This document shows positions 10,801 to 22,200 of a DNA stretch of 64,000 nt, piece by piece. Under the pieces are notes generated by a model, which worked only from the letters and a program-made list of their open reading frames with translations, was not told the DNA's origin and made no database searches. Numbering within the stretch: position 1 is the stretch's first letter; each line of letters opens with the position of its first letter. The position numbers and the translations under genes were made by a program. The stretch comes from a virus. The stretch spans positions 39,415 through 103,414 of IMG/VR virus record IMGVR_UViG_3300037391_000017; one strand, 5' to 3'.

Positions 10801-11300
10801 GAATAGACAGCGAGCAGAAAAAGCGGGATTACTCACTCAACAAGGGGGTGGGGGATTACGGCGTGAATTCAGGCCGCGATATTTACCAAGCTCAAGCTGA
10901 GTTGGCTGATGCCGCTGGTGAGCTTGGGGCTCAGTATGGCCCGCTAACAGAGGCGATGGGAAAACTGAACAAGCAGGCGGATGCTGCGGGAGATTTTACG
11001 CTTTCACCCGAAGAGTACAAGCGGTATCAGGGAGTAATCGACGCCTACCCAGCCAGCATGTTAGATGTCAAAACACAGAAAGACGCTTCGGGCAACGTGA
11101 CTAATATCACCATCCATGAGGTGCACAATTCCGTGGACATCCAGCATCAGAGCAACGCGGCGGATATTGCCAGTCGTGCTTCGTCCAACATCGCGGCGAA
11201 TGCGACCAGCGGACAAACCCCGTACACAGGGTCATCGCCCGGTTCAAGAGAATCGATTAACGCAGCGAGGGCAGCGAGAGGAATGCCGCTCCTTAAGTAA
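7857..11300 (+). CDS. Tail tape measure protein
   Basis: 1147 aa, Ala/Gly/Lys/Met-rich helical composition, first long gene before the baseplate genes. Confidence 0.75.
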   Translation: MGGIGGVPPGSGGTPPPSNPGGGGGDPNFEFFKDAAGAAKIYADSNLLVAKALEAMTGQVETADKKIAKFRDNLRGSILIADNTTEALKLMTDQTKGLARAFLEKKGFENAKKAYEGMIHNLREMVKDGKANERQIAAMNGQIAKLVQAEHKLNAVGKDLFEASEEGWKGVAKDINGVAVSVAKLNTALSQVKMGKIGTAVAGVRQDLITSGLMKAGKMEKFMDIGMAGTKLRELGRQKKEAKTEDRAGIRAHAQDTLLDLERKGHVKLKKTGTGEVDWAGMAAMKKKDLKGVGGVGGNLGTTMNLLADANTAPRAGLMSKLQGGGLVQDAIGKGAELAGQFALPLAIAETIKDLIVSLIDKNAAMNKQAEAGGGGLGAFLGPGSGSGADTMLAIRNNLAGLRPGELFSKYGLGYDRNIKMAQSIQQSGYLMPEIGEGGAAGAARDTDFGPGAFGDVQKIAATSGRMLGMSDDQSIQMTMKLLMQYRESMEGTQSFFTNLTKDSRAAGISATKYVSIIDEILSGFDMMNKSLDQVTGTMRVLSRTGRGTSEDLQAMMQSLTGAGRAPLDTASMTFAAIQMKKGGGQAGTVLESAQEESLTTAANQITKSLGKIGINYDAGSVRTMMTTAAGRDQLRAAIDTAKGAGASGTMVTNAYATVDQGQQRAIALDVTKKFMKPGASPLDWSTGISALKDPQIMEQVRATLEDFMMQKAGYTREDMISGRALPPKLKLMLEGTFQGFQETDIAKRAMAAQNAASGRFGAAAGRDQFIATGKPTDEVDRKKFEEAQEAQAEKLADELGKLMPDDKEMQDQLKAMRALNPKDRNWVSLFRKIDKDTTQSGFKGKIIHALSKSDGTWKEILDGQDTALSSQQEAAKQAEIDEKAQSVASATQDTAEIFANVFSTYFNKIIGILEQVRTWMAHSKFFGGLSEADEKKAADLIKNQEQNLKDAKAANLIQIDWLKSQKNVETDPIKKAQLQARIDSEQKKRDYSLNKGVGDYGVNSGRDIYQAQAELADAAGELGAQYGPLTEAMGKLNKQADAAGDFTLSPEEYKRYQGVIDAYPASMLDVKTQKDASGNVTNITIHEVHNSVDIQHQSNAADIASRASSNIAANATSGQTPYTGSSPGSRESINAARAARGMPLLK

Positions 11301-11305
11301 AACCT

Positions 11306-12841
11306 ATGCCTACACGTACCCCAATTTCGGTAAAGAGCCCCATCGTCACGTCGTTGGCTAATGCTATCGCGCTGGCGAATGGCTACAACGTGGTGGGCTC
11401 CATCCCGAACAAGAACAACAATCCGGGCAATCTGAAAAATGGAGATGTAGGGAGTGGTGTGGACAGCATGGGGAATACCATTTACCCGATTCCCGAGATG
11501 GGCAATGGGGCGCTGCAAGCTCAGGCCGCTCACATCCTCAACGGGGACAACAGAACCTTTAGCTACGACCCCACTCAAACAACGCTGAGTGCAATAGGGG
11601 TGATCCTCGCGCCGAATGATGCGACTTGGATAAAGAATGTGGCGTCATCGCTGGGAGTTTACCCGTCTACCAAGCTATCGGCAATTGCCAACGGCTCTGC
11701 GCCCGTCACCCCCGCTCTCCAAATTCTGCCCATCAACAAGCTGACGCTGCAAGGAACGTTGCCGGGGCAGGTACAGCCATCAGATGCGGCATCGGCGGGC
11801 AATCAAGTGGGATTAGATTTCCCCGTCGTAGCCGCAGTGCCCGTCGCAGGAACACCCATCAGTGGTGCGGCCACATCCGCTGCGACTGCCGCTACTTTGA
11901 ACCTTCAAATCTCCGATGCCAGTATGAGCGCCATTCCGTGGTACAGCGATACTCACTTGATTACGGGAAATCAACGCATTCGCAACAGTGCGGGCAACTT
12001 GGCAAACGGGACGCTCACGCTTCCAGTGTCGTTCCAAGCGTACTTGAGCAAGTCAAGTAACTCGCTGCTGATTAACCCAACCACGCAGAGGCCGATTACG
12101 GTGCAGTTGAATGCATCGATCAATCAGTTTAGTCTCTTGAGCAAGCACATTTTCACCCGTCAACCAACACGCACGGGAATGCTCATCACGTTCTGGGGTA
12201 TGGCCGCTGATGTCATTACAGGGTCGGGATCGACAGGCGTTTTCATGAACCAGTATGGAGTCACGGACTACTTCAGCACTGCCAAGACCACCGATGACAT
12301 CGCCACAAAAGTTGGCATGGCATTCAGCAACGATCCTGATGTGGAGCAGACCATAGCCACAAACCCAGAGGCGTACCGCGTGGCGGCTCAGGATGCTTTC
12401 GTGGAATTCCTGAAACTGTTCCAGATGAACGGCAACGTGTGGTATAGCTCATCGACGAACAACGATTCTACCCAATTGAATCAGAGTCAAGTCGCACCCG
12501 CTGTGTGGCAAGCAAACTCAGGTGCTACCAATTTCCAACAGAACTCCCGAAACAATGACGTGCGATCCAAAGGGTATGTCGTGATGACCTACAGAAACAA
12601 TAAGTATCTGGGGTACTTCAAGTCGCTTTCTTGGACGATGGATGCCGACAAACCGTTTCAATGGAACTTCAACTTCACGTTCCAAGTAGAGAAAACTCTG
12701 ACCGCACTGTACGTTCCGATTCAGCCCGCTCCGACTCTTACGAATGTTCCGCTCAATACTCGTCAGACACCGCTGTTGACGCCTAATGTATTGCCGCCGT
12801 CTACACAACCCGGGCCGTCAACAGGATCAACAGGAATATAA
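11306..12841 (+). CDS. Baseplate/tube-initiator-like protein with N-terminal NNPGN lysozyme-like domain
   Basis: NNNPGNLK motif; C-terminal YLGYFKSLSWTMDADKPFQWNFNFTFQVE tube-fold signature. Confidence 0.6.
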   Translation: MPTRTPISVKSPIVTSLANAIALANGYNVVGSIPNKNNNPGNLKNGDVGSGVDSMGNTIYPIPEMGNGALQAQAAHILNGDNRTFSYDPTQTTLSAIGVILAPNDATWIKNVASSLGVYPSTKLSAIANGSAPVTPALQILPINKLTLQGTLPGQVQPSDAASAGNQVGLDFPVVAAVPVAGTPISGAATSAATAATLNLQISDASMSAIPWYSDTHLITGNQRIRNSAGNLANGTLTLPVSFQAYLSKSSNSLLINPTTQRPITVQLNASINQFSLLSKHIFTRQPTRTGMLITFWGMAADVITGSGSTGVFMNQYGVTDYFSTAKTTDDIATKVGMAFSNDPDVEQTIATNPEAYRVAAQDAFVEFLKLFQMNGNVWYSSSTNNDSTQLNQSQVAPAVWQANSGATNFQQNSRNNDVRSKGYVVMTYRNNKYLGYFKSLSWTMDADKPFQWNFNFTFQVEKTLTALYVPIQPAPTLTNVPLNTRQTPLLTPNVLPPSTQPGPSTGSTGI

Positions 12842-12842
12842 A

Positions 12843-13946
12843 ATGGCAAATTCAAACGACATTAGCGACGTAAAGGCTCCATCGGCAATAGGGTCGCCGA
12901 AGACACTGCCCATTCGCGGAGAGAAGCGCATTCTCCCAATCACCGTCAATCCCGACTCACTGAGCAATACTTTCGAGCAGGAATGGTCGAAGTCGGGGTT
13001 GAAGTCGCCGCAGGACAAGGGTTACGCGCCCACGGGTCGAACTCAGCTTGTGCAGTACGACGATTTCTACGTTGCCGCCGCGATGAAGCCTTACGTGGAC
13101 TACGTGACTGTTCGTATCTTGAATCGTGGACAAGATGCCAACGGAAATCCTGATCCGACTACAAGTGCATCGTATCGGTTTCTCATCAACCCTAGTCAGG
13201 TTCAGGTTAGCCGTTCGACGCTTGACGCACAAGCCTTCGCTCGCTCCGGTTGGCAGTTCGGCGTTTGGGGTGAGGATTCGGTTTCGATCACGCTCGATGG
13301 GAAGACCGCAGGTCAATACTGGGCATTTGGGATCACCGATAAATACCAGCCGTTCAGTGAGTCCTACCGCAATCTGGAACAGCTTCAGGTCGTTTTCGAG
13401 AATAACGGGTATTGGTTTGAGGGGGAGCAGGCGGCGGGAGAAGGCCCACTCGCTACCGATTTCGCTCGCCGACGTATCAAAATGCACCAAGATGTGGAAC
13501 TTACGGTCGGGAATTTTATCTGGTACGGTATGTTTGAACAATTGGAAATTTCGCAAAACGCGGATGAGCCGTTTCTCATGAGCTTCAACTTGCAGTTCAT
13601 TGCATGGAAAGAGCGGTTCCGTTCTAGCTCGCCGTATGGAAACCAGATTTTGAACAGCACCCAGCGGGGGAATGCATACGGCGCATATTCGGCTACGCAG
13701 ACCACTCCATCCAACGTGTCCCCCACGACGGCCATCCCACCTCAACTCTCCGATGCAGTGGGCTTAGCCCCGCCAGCAAACCCCAACGTGAATTCAAGCA
13801 CGCCATCGGTGACGACGGCTAATAGTGCGCCGAGCTTGCCAACCGCACAAGCACCCGCTTACGACTACACCCCCATGACGGTGCCCGGTACGACGGGGAG
13901 TCCGTTGGCTCCCGGTGTTTCGCTTCTGACGGGGGTTCCAGTCTAA
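12843..13946 (+). CDS. Baseplate hub/tail tube initiator-like protein
   Basis: FLINPSQV...WGEDSVSITLDG...GMFEQLEISQNADEPFLMSFNLQF; paralogous to the C-terminal half of the previous gene product. Confidence 0.6.
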   Translation: MANSNDISDVKAPSAIGSPKTLPIRGEKRILPITVNPDSLSNTFEQEWSKSGLKSPQDKGYAPTGRTQLVQYDDFYVAAAMKPYVDYVTVRILNRGQDANGNPDPTTSASYRFLINPSQVQVSRSTLDAQAFARSGWQFGVWGEDSVSITLDGKTAGQYWAFGITDKYQPFSESYRNLEQLQVVFENNGYWFEGEQAAGEGPLATDFARRRIKMHQDVELTVGNFIWYGMFEQLEISQNADEPFLMSFNLQFIAWKERFRSSSPYGNQILNSTQRGNAYGAYSATQTTPSNVSPTTAIPPQLSDAVGLAPPANPNVNSSTPSVTTANSAPSLPTAQAPAYDYTPMTVPGTTGSPLAPGVSLLTGVPV

Positions 13947-16838
13947 ATGGCTACTCCTCTCACTCCAGCGCAGATAGCGGCAATCGTCAATACACCAGTG
14001 GAGACGACGACATCAACTCTCCCCGATGCAATTCCCGGCGGCGGAAGCGCGACCGCTGCTGCTTCTCAACCAGCAACTTCGATTCGCAACATCTCGCAGA
14101 CGGCTCAAGAGCGGGAGATCATCAAGACCGCCCCTGACCTAATCGTGTATCTGGATGGGCTACCGTACATTGTGAATTACTTCATCAGTGACGCGGACAC
14201 GAAGAACCCCTTCACTGTTGTAGGCATCAACGATTACGTTACGTCCTTCAACGCTGGTTACGACACAGAGAACTTGATTCCTTCCGCATCGATCCAGTTG
14301 CAGGTGCCGAACTACGTCAAACACTTGTTCCAGATGCCCGGTGGGAACAACCTCATCGCAACGATGATGCAAGTGCAGGTGTTTGCGAAGGGCTACTACT
14401 TTGGAAATGACGGCTCCACGCTGATGCGGCGGGTTTTCAAGGGAGTTGTAAGCCACATCTCTTACGCTGACGATGGGAAGATGCTTCAAATCCAATTGCA
14501 GTGTAACGGCATACTTCACTTGCTGGAAATGATGCAGTTGGAGTTAGCCCCCGGCGTGGTCTCGAACGCCCCTTTCGAGTCCGTGCCGTACAATACGAAC
14601 TTGGCATCGTGCAATCCTTATTTCATGCTTCAGCAGATGTTCCTCCGCAGCATCACGACAGAAGGTTTCTACGTCAACAGTTTGGAGGGCGGCGGTATCG
14701 TATCCGATCCAGACAACACGAACAACCAGTATTATGACGCGGTGAAGAATGGATACGTGGCTAAGTGGCAGAACATTCTTAACGGCATCAAAAATGACGT
14801 GCACTTCTATGGGCCGATATACAAAGACGGGGATGCAGGCAGAGCCCTCGGCACAACCTCGCCCGTCAAAGGTACGGAGGATTTGAGTTCTAAGGCGGAC
14901 ATCAACAATATTGTCCCCGCAAATAACGAAGCGGCACAGGTCGGTGATTTTGCATCCGTAACAAAGGATGGTGAAACGTTCCCGTCCATCCGACAGTACC
15001 TTCCCGACATGTCGGTGTCGTCGATCCAGTTGCTAAACGGCAAGATCGTAAACCGCATGGATCAGCTTCGTCAGATTATCCGCATGATCCTGTATGAAGG
15101 GTATCAGGATGTCGATGGCAAGATCATTTTCAAACCACCGTTGTACAATTTGGACGTGACGATGATTGGGACGGAGACAGACACCACATCTGGTCAAAAT
15201 AGCACCACTGCGGGTACGACGCCCCCAACATCCGGTACGAGCACCGTCAATCCGTCCAACTCCGTAACCGAAATCAATTCCACGAATAATCCGTTCATCA
15301 TCTATCTCTCGGAGATCATCAGCGAACAGGAGACCGAAGACGAAGCCGCTATCCGAACCACTCGTATGACGGTGCGTGGTAACTGGTGCACCTCGTTTCA
15401 AGTTAACGGCGCGGTTTACCTGCTCGACACCGTGGACTACATCGACATTCCCAAGATGCAGAAGTTTGGTCTTCGCGAAGTCCCCACCGTTCCCGTTGGG
15501 TGGTTCAGCGACGGTGATAAATACGGTCTATGGGCTTTCGCGGCATCGGAGACGGTTCGCAGCAACCGAGGCTACCGCATGTATAGTTGCACCATCCCGA
15601 TGCGCCCCGAACTCAAGTTGGGGTTCCCCGTATTCCTACCGCACAAGGACATATACGGCTACATCAAATCGATTCAGCTTCAATACAATCAGGGCGGACA
15701 GGCGACTATGTTCTTGACCCTCGATGCGATTCGCCGCCGCTTCCTGCTCCCAACCAATAGTACGGATTCTAACGGCAACCCAAAGCAGGTGTTCGTAAGC
15801 CAACCAGATTTGGTTTTACAGTGGACGACAGCGCCCAATCAACCATCCACGCCCACCTCACCAGCCACGCCCACCACGCCCACTACCACCTCGGCTACGA
15901 CGACGAATCAAACCACGCTGAGCCCATCGTCTGCGAATAGCGGCCCCGTACAGCAAAGCACAGATACGCCAGCAACCCTCGTAGGCCAGTCCGCCACGTT
16001 GCCGACAACCACGGATCAAGCCTTAACCCCCGAACAACTGGCAATAATCAATAATGCTCAGGTTACTATCTCAAATCGGTGGACAACCGAGTCAGATAAC
16101 CCCGGAGCCAGTTGGCGCTATCAGTTGGACACCTACGGAAAATACATCATGCCGCCAGCAGGTGCGGCTCCAGACGCACAGGGGACGTATGGTGCCGCTG
16201 GTGGTGGGGGTGTTTTCAAGGGCGGCTACAACCCGATCACGGGGGTGTTCGCATCGCCGCGCCATGTGGACTCGGGATACTATCACGACATTCGCCGCAC
16301 GATGCCGTTCACGGATTACAAAGGGTACGAGGTGATCTCGCCGTTCCCATGGGGTCGGTACATCTCTTTGCGTCAGGCGTTCAAAGAATTTACGCAAGAG
16401 GGATACATTGTCCCCACGCCTAATCCAACGCCAGATTCTTACACCCCGCCCGATCAGGTGCAGGCACTTCTCGCGGCTGGGTTGGTTACCCCCACAGGTG
16501 CGGGCGCAAATGGAGTAACGGCCCTGCAAACGCAAATGAATACCCAAAGCCAAGTGGCTCCCGACTACACAATTATTGTCCTTAAGTATACGGGGATGAA
16601 CACCGTGTCCGATTCTCAGTTGATGACCACCGCCCAGCCCGACGTAAATTCGGCGATTCAGCAACTTCAGAATACGGTTACCACTCAACAGCAGGCAATT
16701 GACGTATTAGTAAGTGGGAGCATTTCGCCGACGAAAGCCACGACAGAGGCACTGGCGATTACGCAGACACAGACTACCCCGGGGTCAACCGCCGCCACAG
16801 CAAGCCCACAAAAGGGATTGCCTCAGTTCGGAAACTAA
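13947..16838 (+). CDS. Baseplate hub protein (T4 gp27/Mu gp44-like)
   Basis: VFKGVVSHISY, YQDVDGKIIFKPPLYN and MRPELKLGFPV...GYIKSIQLQY motifs; gene order. Confidence 0.65.
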   Translation: MATPLTPAQIAAIVNTPVETTTSTLPDAIPGGGSATAAASQPATSIRNISQTAQEREIIKTAPDLIVYLDGLPYIVNYFISDADTKNPFTVVGINDYVTSFNAGYDTENLIPSASIQLQVPNYVKHLFQMPGGNNLIATMMQVQVFAKGYYFGNDGSTLMRRVFKGVVSHISYADDGKMLQIQLQCNGILHLLEMMQLELAPGVVSNAPFESVPYNTNLASCNPYFMLQQMFLRSITTEGFYVNSLEGGGIVSDPDNTNNQYYDAVKNGYVAKWQNILNGIKNDVHFYGPIYKDGDAGRALGTTSPVKGTEDLSSKADINNIVPANNEAAQVGDFASVTKDGETFPSIRQYLPDMSVSSIQLLNGKIVNRMDQLRQIIRMILYEGYQDVDGKIIFKPPLYNLDVTMIGTETDTTSGQNSTTAGTTPPTSGTSTVNPSNSVTEINSTNNPFIIYLSEIISEQETEDEAAIRTTRMTVRGNWCTSFQVNGAVYLLDTVDYIDIPKMQKFGLREVPTVPVGWFSDGDKYGLWAFAASETVRSNRGYRMYSCTIPMRPELKLGFPVFLPHKDIYGYIKSIQLQYNQGGQATMFLTLDAIRRRFLLPTNSTDSNGNPKQVFVSQPDLVLQWTTAPNQPSTPTSPATPTTPTTTSATTTNQTTLSPSSANSGPVQQSTDTPATLVGQSATLPTTTDQALTPEQLAIINNAQVTISNRWTTESDNPGASWRYQLDTYGKYIMPPAGAAPDAQGTYGAAGGGGVFKGGYNPITGVFASPRHVDSGYYHDIRRTMPFTDYKGYEVISPFPWGRYISLRQAFKEFTQEGYIVPTPNPTPDSYTPPDQVQALLAAGLVTPTGAGANGVTALQTQMNTQSQVAPDYTIIVLKYTGMNTVSDSQLMTTAQPDVNSAIQQLQNTVTTQQQAIDVLVSGSISPTKATTEALAITQTQTTPGSTAATASPQKGLPQFGN

Positions 16839-16841
16839 GCT

Positions 16842-19280
16842 ATGGTTCAAGACAATTCCATTTTCTATCCGCAAGCGCCCGTAACGCGGGGTCGTACTCA
16901 ATTGCAGTACGAGATTTTCATTGGTCGCGTGCTCTCCGTTGACCAAGAGCGGATAGTGTTGACACTAGAGGACATACGCGATGGCGTGATTTACAAGGAA
17001 GTTAACATCTTCCCGAGTGAGCATTCGTCGGTTGAATCAACCACCATTCACATGCCCGAGCAGTTCTCGATGTGCGTGGCGTGCCAAACACTGTACAATC
17101 AGGGGTTCAGTCAGGTCACCATCATAAGCTGGATCACGTCGAGCGTGACGAAGGCTCTGGACGCAATTGCTCAACGTCCGATCTCTGGCACTGTGGTTCA
17201 GGGAATGTCGGATCGTTTACGCGGCACCTACCGAAAGGCGTACCCCGGACAGAAGACCTCATCCTACACGGGTGGTTACACGGAAAAGATTGACACGGGC
17301 TGGGATCGCGCTGGGTATGACTTCAGTCGAGACCGTCTCGATCCAGAACGTCGGCAGTGGACTCAGGTCACGGGTCGGCATGTTGGGTACTCGGACGCTG
17401 GTCTCTCCTTCCGTGGCACAGTGAATCGCCCTAATGCGACCAACATTAAGCCCGCCGTGCTTCCCGATGGGAGCTACCAGTACGTGTATTATCTCGCGCC
17501 GGGATCGCAGCCCACTGACCGCTACCTATCGGGCAAACCCGACGTGATTCCATTCGTGGAAAACACGGAACTCACGCAGGAGTTCGCTCTCGATTATCCG
17601 CTACCCGTGGAGCTTATCCAGACTGATCTGTTCGATCAAATTCTTGGCACTACTCAATCCCCGTGGACTCGCACATCCGTTGGCGCATTACCCGTAACAG
17701 GTGCCGCTGTCGCCGAACCATTCTACGCAACAACGGGTAACCTCCCTCCAGCCGTCACTCCGAATGTTCTAGCGGATAATCAGACCTACCTCATTCAACA
17801 AGGCATTGACCACCCGTATGACACAACGGCAACTCCAGTCGGCCCAACTCTGAACGAGGGCCAAACCCCGCAACGTCGGGCATTCATTATTGAGAAGGTC
17901 GCTGGTACGCTGGTCGGCTACAACCGTTTTGACAAGGGAACCTATGGTTACGTGCTCAAGCCCGTTCTGTTTCCTTACACATCACAGGGTCGTTTCGGGG
18001 CGGATGTAGATAGTAGTTACTTGGCGGTTAAGGACTCGCCCAACCACGCTGAAGCCCGACTCGCTGCCTCGGCTCTCGCAATTCGGTTCCCCCACGAGTA
18101 CAACACGACTCGTCTCGATGTGACCAAAGAGGGATTCACAAGCATGGAAATTGGTTCTACGCTCCCGATGGAGAACAATCAGTTCGGAGGCGGGTATGAG
18201 CACCCGCACGGTGCTGGACGATCTTTGGAAGCCCACTTCGTCGGCAGCGTCAAGGCGGTCGTGGGTAAGAACCGCGATGAGGAAGAGGCCATCGATCTTC
18301 AGGCGTTAGGGCAAGTGGTTGTGCGTCTCGGGGCAGACGATCAGGGATTGCCCAATGCCCGTCGCAGCGTACAGACACAGACTCGTAGCAAGGCTGATGC
18401 CCCAGCAGCCCGCACATTGCAATATTGGGATGCTAACCATCTTGGGTTGAAAGTCGCGGGGGATTCAGGCGTCAACGCCATGGGCTACAACAAGACTGGA
18501 GCCGAAAGCATTTCGCTTCAGGCGGCATTCGACGGTGCGGCTGTTGTCCGCCTCGGTGCTCGTAACCCAGCGGCACTACGCCGCCATCTGATGAATGGCT
18601 ACATTGATGGCCCGGGCGTTCAAGCATGGAGCGTGGGAGATTCAGGTCGTATGGATTCTCATTCTCCGGGTCGTCCGAATTACGGAGGAGGAGACAGCAA
18701 GTATTCCTTCCACGACATGACAACCGCAGGTGCACCGACCTTGAACATGCTGCCGTACAACACGGCAGCATACAATGCACTCGGTACGCCAATCCCCATC
18801 AATCCGAATATAACGCCGCAGACGACGGCAATGGATCAGCACGGACTGTCGTTTGATTTTCACTCGGTACGAGACCTGTTGGTTCGCGTGGGGAAAAACC
18901 CAAGTTCTGGGCAGTCCATATTGATTGATTCGGCTGGCGGTTTGGTTGCAACTCTCGGGAAGGACAACCAAGGACGCTCGATCACGGCATCGTTTGACGG
19001 TGGGGTGCAGATCACCATTGCGGCAAACAACAGCGGCAAAGCCCTTCAGATCGAGCTTTTGGGTGATGTTGACATCGTACACGAAGGCAACTTGCAGTAC
19101 CTATGCACGGGCGATTTCGTCACGGAATGCACCACGTGGAACCATGTCAGCAAGACCGACACGGTATTTACGCAACAGAAAATGGTTCAAGCGTCTAACG
19201 CACGCCATACAATAGAGGCTCCCGATATCGTGCATAACCAAGGAACTCAGGTTTCAGCACCCGGGGGAGAGAATAGCTAA
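16842..19280 (+). CDS. Baseplate central spike (gp5/gpV-like)
   Basis: N-terminal OB-like GRVLSVD segment, C-terminal beta-helix-like repeats, follows the hub gene. Confidence 0.5.
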   Translation: MVQDNSIFYPQAPVTRGRTQLQYEIFIGRVLSVDQERIVLTLEDIRDGVIYKEVNIFPSEHSSVESTTIHMPEQFSMCVACQTLYNQGFSQVTIISWITSSVTKALDAIAQRPISGTVVQGMSDRLRGTYRKAYPGQKTSSYTGGYTEKIDTGWDRAGYDFSRDRLDPERRQWTQVTGRHVGYSDAGLSFRGTVNRPNATNIKPAVLPDGSYQYVYYLAPGSQPTDRYLSGKPDVIPFVENTELTQEFALDYPLPVELIQTDLFDQILGTTQSPWTRTSVGALPVTGAAVAEPFYATTGNLPPAVTPNVLADNQTYLIQQGIDHPYDTTATPVGPTLNEGQTPQRRAFIIEKVAGTLVGYNRFDKGTYGYVLKPVLFPYTSQGRFGADVDSSYLAVKDSPNHAEARLAASALAIRFPHEYNTTRLDVTKEGFTSMEIGSTLPMENNQFGGGYEHPHGAGRSLEAHFVGSVKAVVGKNRDEEEAIDLQALGQVVVRLGADDQGLPNARRSVQTQTRSKADAPAARTLQYWDANHLGLKVAGDSGVNAMGYNKTGAESISLQAAFDGAAVVRLGARNPAALRRHLMNGYIDGPGVQAWSVGDSGRMDSHSPGRPNYGGGDSKYSFHDMTTAGAPTLNMLPYNTAAYNALGTPIPINPNITPQTTAMDQHGLSFDFHSVRDLLVRVGKNPSSGQSILIDSAGGLVATLGKDNQGRSITASFDGGVQITIAANNSGKALQIELLGDVDIVHEGNLQYLCTGDFVTECTTWNHVSKTDTVFTQQKMVQASNARHTIEAPDIVHNQGTQVSAPGGENS

Positions 19281-22200
19281 TGGGAAGTGCACCTTCAGGC
19301 AGTCTTTTTCCGATCTTAACACCGGGGGCAATTGTCCGCCACACCCCTGCTGGCGATCCCACCATCGAGCAATACTACCACCAAGCGATGGAAGATGGGC
19401 GCTTGCTCGAAGCCTGCGTTGGGGATGCCAACAACTGGCTCCTCGAAATGAAGATGCGGATCACCAAGGATATCAACACTTGGTTGAGCATGAACCAACT
19501 CGCCGTGGATGGTCAGCTTGGTCACAGACCCCGAGTGCCGAAGTACATCGCGGATTCAATTCAGTTGTTGCATACCGTTAGCCAGTACCAGAAGGAGTTG
19601 GCGGGCGTTGCTACGGCTCTCAACCAGAACATCACGCTGCTGCTGACGATGAAAAACACCTTGACGGGATACGTTCAATCGACCTTGAACGCTCTTGCAA
19701 ATCTGTTGAATAACATCTGTAATTGGAATCTTCCGAAGATACCATCCCTTCCAGTTTTGCTTGCCAGTGGGCACTTCAATTGGAACGGGTTTCAGTTTTC
19801 ACCGTTGCAGGGGTTTGCTAAATCCATCGGCAACTTGCCAAATCTCAACTTCAATTTCTCGTTCAGCCAGTGCAACCTTTTGAGTTTGGGTGCCAACCCC
19901 ACTACTCAGCCGTCCTCGATCACCACGTTGGGCGGACTGACCATCAACCCGTCAGGATTGTTCACCCCGCCGCTCGGCGGCACCATAGCGACTGGAACCG
20001 AAACTCCAGCGCAAATGCAAGCGATCACCACGCCTCCAATCTACGGGCCTACATTCAATCCAAACTCCTCTATGTTGGGCGCGGTTCCCGATCCCCACAC
20101 AATCATCGACAACTACCAGATGCCGCCCGCCACATATCAGAGCAACATCGTGAGTATCGTGCCCGCTCTCCGTGGCGACACCATAGAACCGACTGATCCC
20201 GACTACGCTAATCCGAATCTGACGGTTCGACAGGCGAAGCTTCGCCAAGACTTGGTGCATTACATCACGCTTGAACAGGTGGTCGCGTCGAACTATGACC
20301 CGTTCATCACATCCGCGTGGTTGTTCTACTTGCAAATCTGCCGCACTGGGCGCGGCGGTAACTGGATTACGAATTTCCAAGCGGCCTACAATCAGTACAT
20401 CGTGCCGTCTCTCACTTCACTGGCAAACAATCCCGTTCCGTGGAACAATGTCCTCGGCAGTCTCGGTGATTTTTATGAGGGTGCGTGGCTCGTTGGAACA
20501 AACTATTTAGCTGGAGATGTGGTTGTCTATAACAGCACGTTCTACATCGCACTCGTCGCAAACACTGGGTTTGAACCCGATACCAACCCCGCCACTTGGC
20601 AAACCCCCATTCCCACGGACATCGTGTACCAGAACACGCCCACGGACATACCGCTGATCGATGTGCTCACCGCCGCAGGCGCGGGTACGCAAGCTCAACT
20701 GAACATTCTGTGGAAGCTGAGCTACGTTGAGGCGTCCTTGCTGGGTTACACTCGGACGACGCTCTGGGATGGCGGTGGGGATTCGAACTACCTTTCGGGA
20801 TTCACTGGAACTGATTTGGATTACGAGCCCACGGCTATCGTTACCACAAATACGACAAGCGAAATTCTGGGATCAGGTACGGCAGCGTACCCCGTGTCCG
20901 TCATCATTCCAACCGCAATCAAGGTGATCTTTGATGAAGTTGTGGCACAAGCGACTCTCAACATTGCGAATGACATAACGTATCAGTCGCCCTACCCGAA
21001 ATTCAAGTACGTTTACGATCAGTTCGCCGAGGCTACACTCGTAGACAGATTCACGCAATTCTGGCGGACTTTCAACTACAATTTATTGGTGCTGCTGGCT
21101 CAAGACCCATACCTCGTGTCGTTCGTGGTAACGTATGAAGGGGCGCTGGACTCCGCGATTGACCCGTTGGGTGACCCCACAGACTACAACGCCGTATCAG
21201 CGGATGCCGCGAGTCGCAACCGTGGTTGGACGCCCGGAACCCCGCTGTTGAATATCCCGACCGCACCCATCGTTGCATACGTCAATTCCACCCCGCCGAC
21301 CAGTGCGAACAACGGCTGGCTTTCGCCGACCCAATTTGATGCTAACGCATTCTTGATGCGTCCCGACGTTCAGGCACTTCCGATTCCAACGCAGTTAGCC
21401 ATGCTGCGGACGAACATTAGCTATGCGGGGCTGAGCCTCTTCCTACAACAGGCGATCACGGGGTTCAACACCGCGATTACCAACGCCCAAAACGCCATTG
21501 CATCGGCATCGCAGTTGGGGTTCTATGTGAGCGCCAATGGTCAAACAGTTACGTCCCCCGTGCCAGTAGTTTTTACAACCACAGGAGCCAACAATTTTGA
21601 CATGAGTGGGTACGTCACAGGCCCGTCCACGTTTACCATTCAGAACGCAGGAAACTTCGCGGGATACGGTGAGATTGACTGGGATGTGACTACGGCGGGT
21701 TCTTTTACCATCACGGTGACTCAGAATGGCATTCCGATTTCTACCACAACGTCAGACCTCGTGGTTGGATCACCAGAAGCCATGCAGTTCTCGTTCACAG
21801 GAAATTTCGCGATAGGGGACGTTATACAGGTGATTGCTCAGAGTACGTCCAGTTCACAGATTCTAACGACTGGCTATTTCAGCATGATTCAAACAAGCTC
21901 AACCCCCGCCCCCGCTCCTCCGTCAGTGGTTGTCATGGATGATTCAAGCCAGTTCACCGCTGACGCCACGATGATTGCGGGCACTGTAGTGCAGGTACAA
22001 CCCGATGGCGGGATAGCCCCGCTCAACTTGTTCGTGTCATCGTTGGATTCAACATTAGGAACAAACGCTCAGATTATTGCCCCGAATCAGATTCTCGTCA
22101 CCGTCAATGGGCATTATTTTGTTCCGAGTGACATCATCACGTTTACGGGTACGAGCGGCATAACCCCCGCCGTCAACGGGCCGACTGTTGCAGCGATAGT

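Noticed and set aside
15830-15910. Short ACGCCCAC-type repeats
   Set aside because: They encode a Pro/Thr low-complexity linker in the hub protein.
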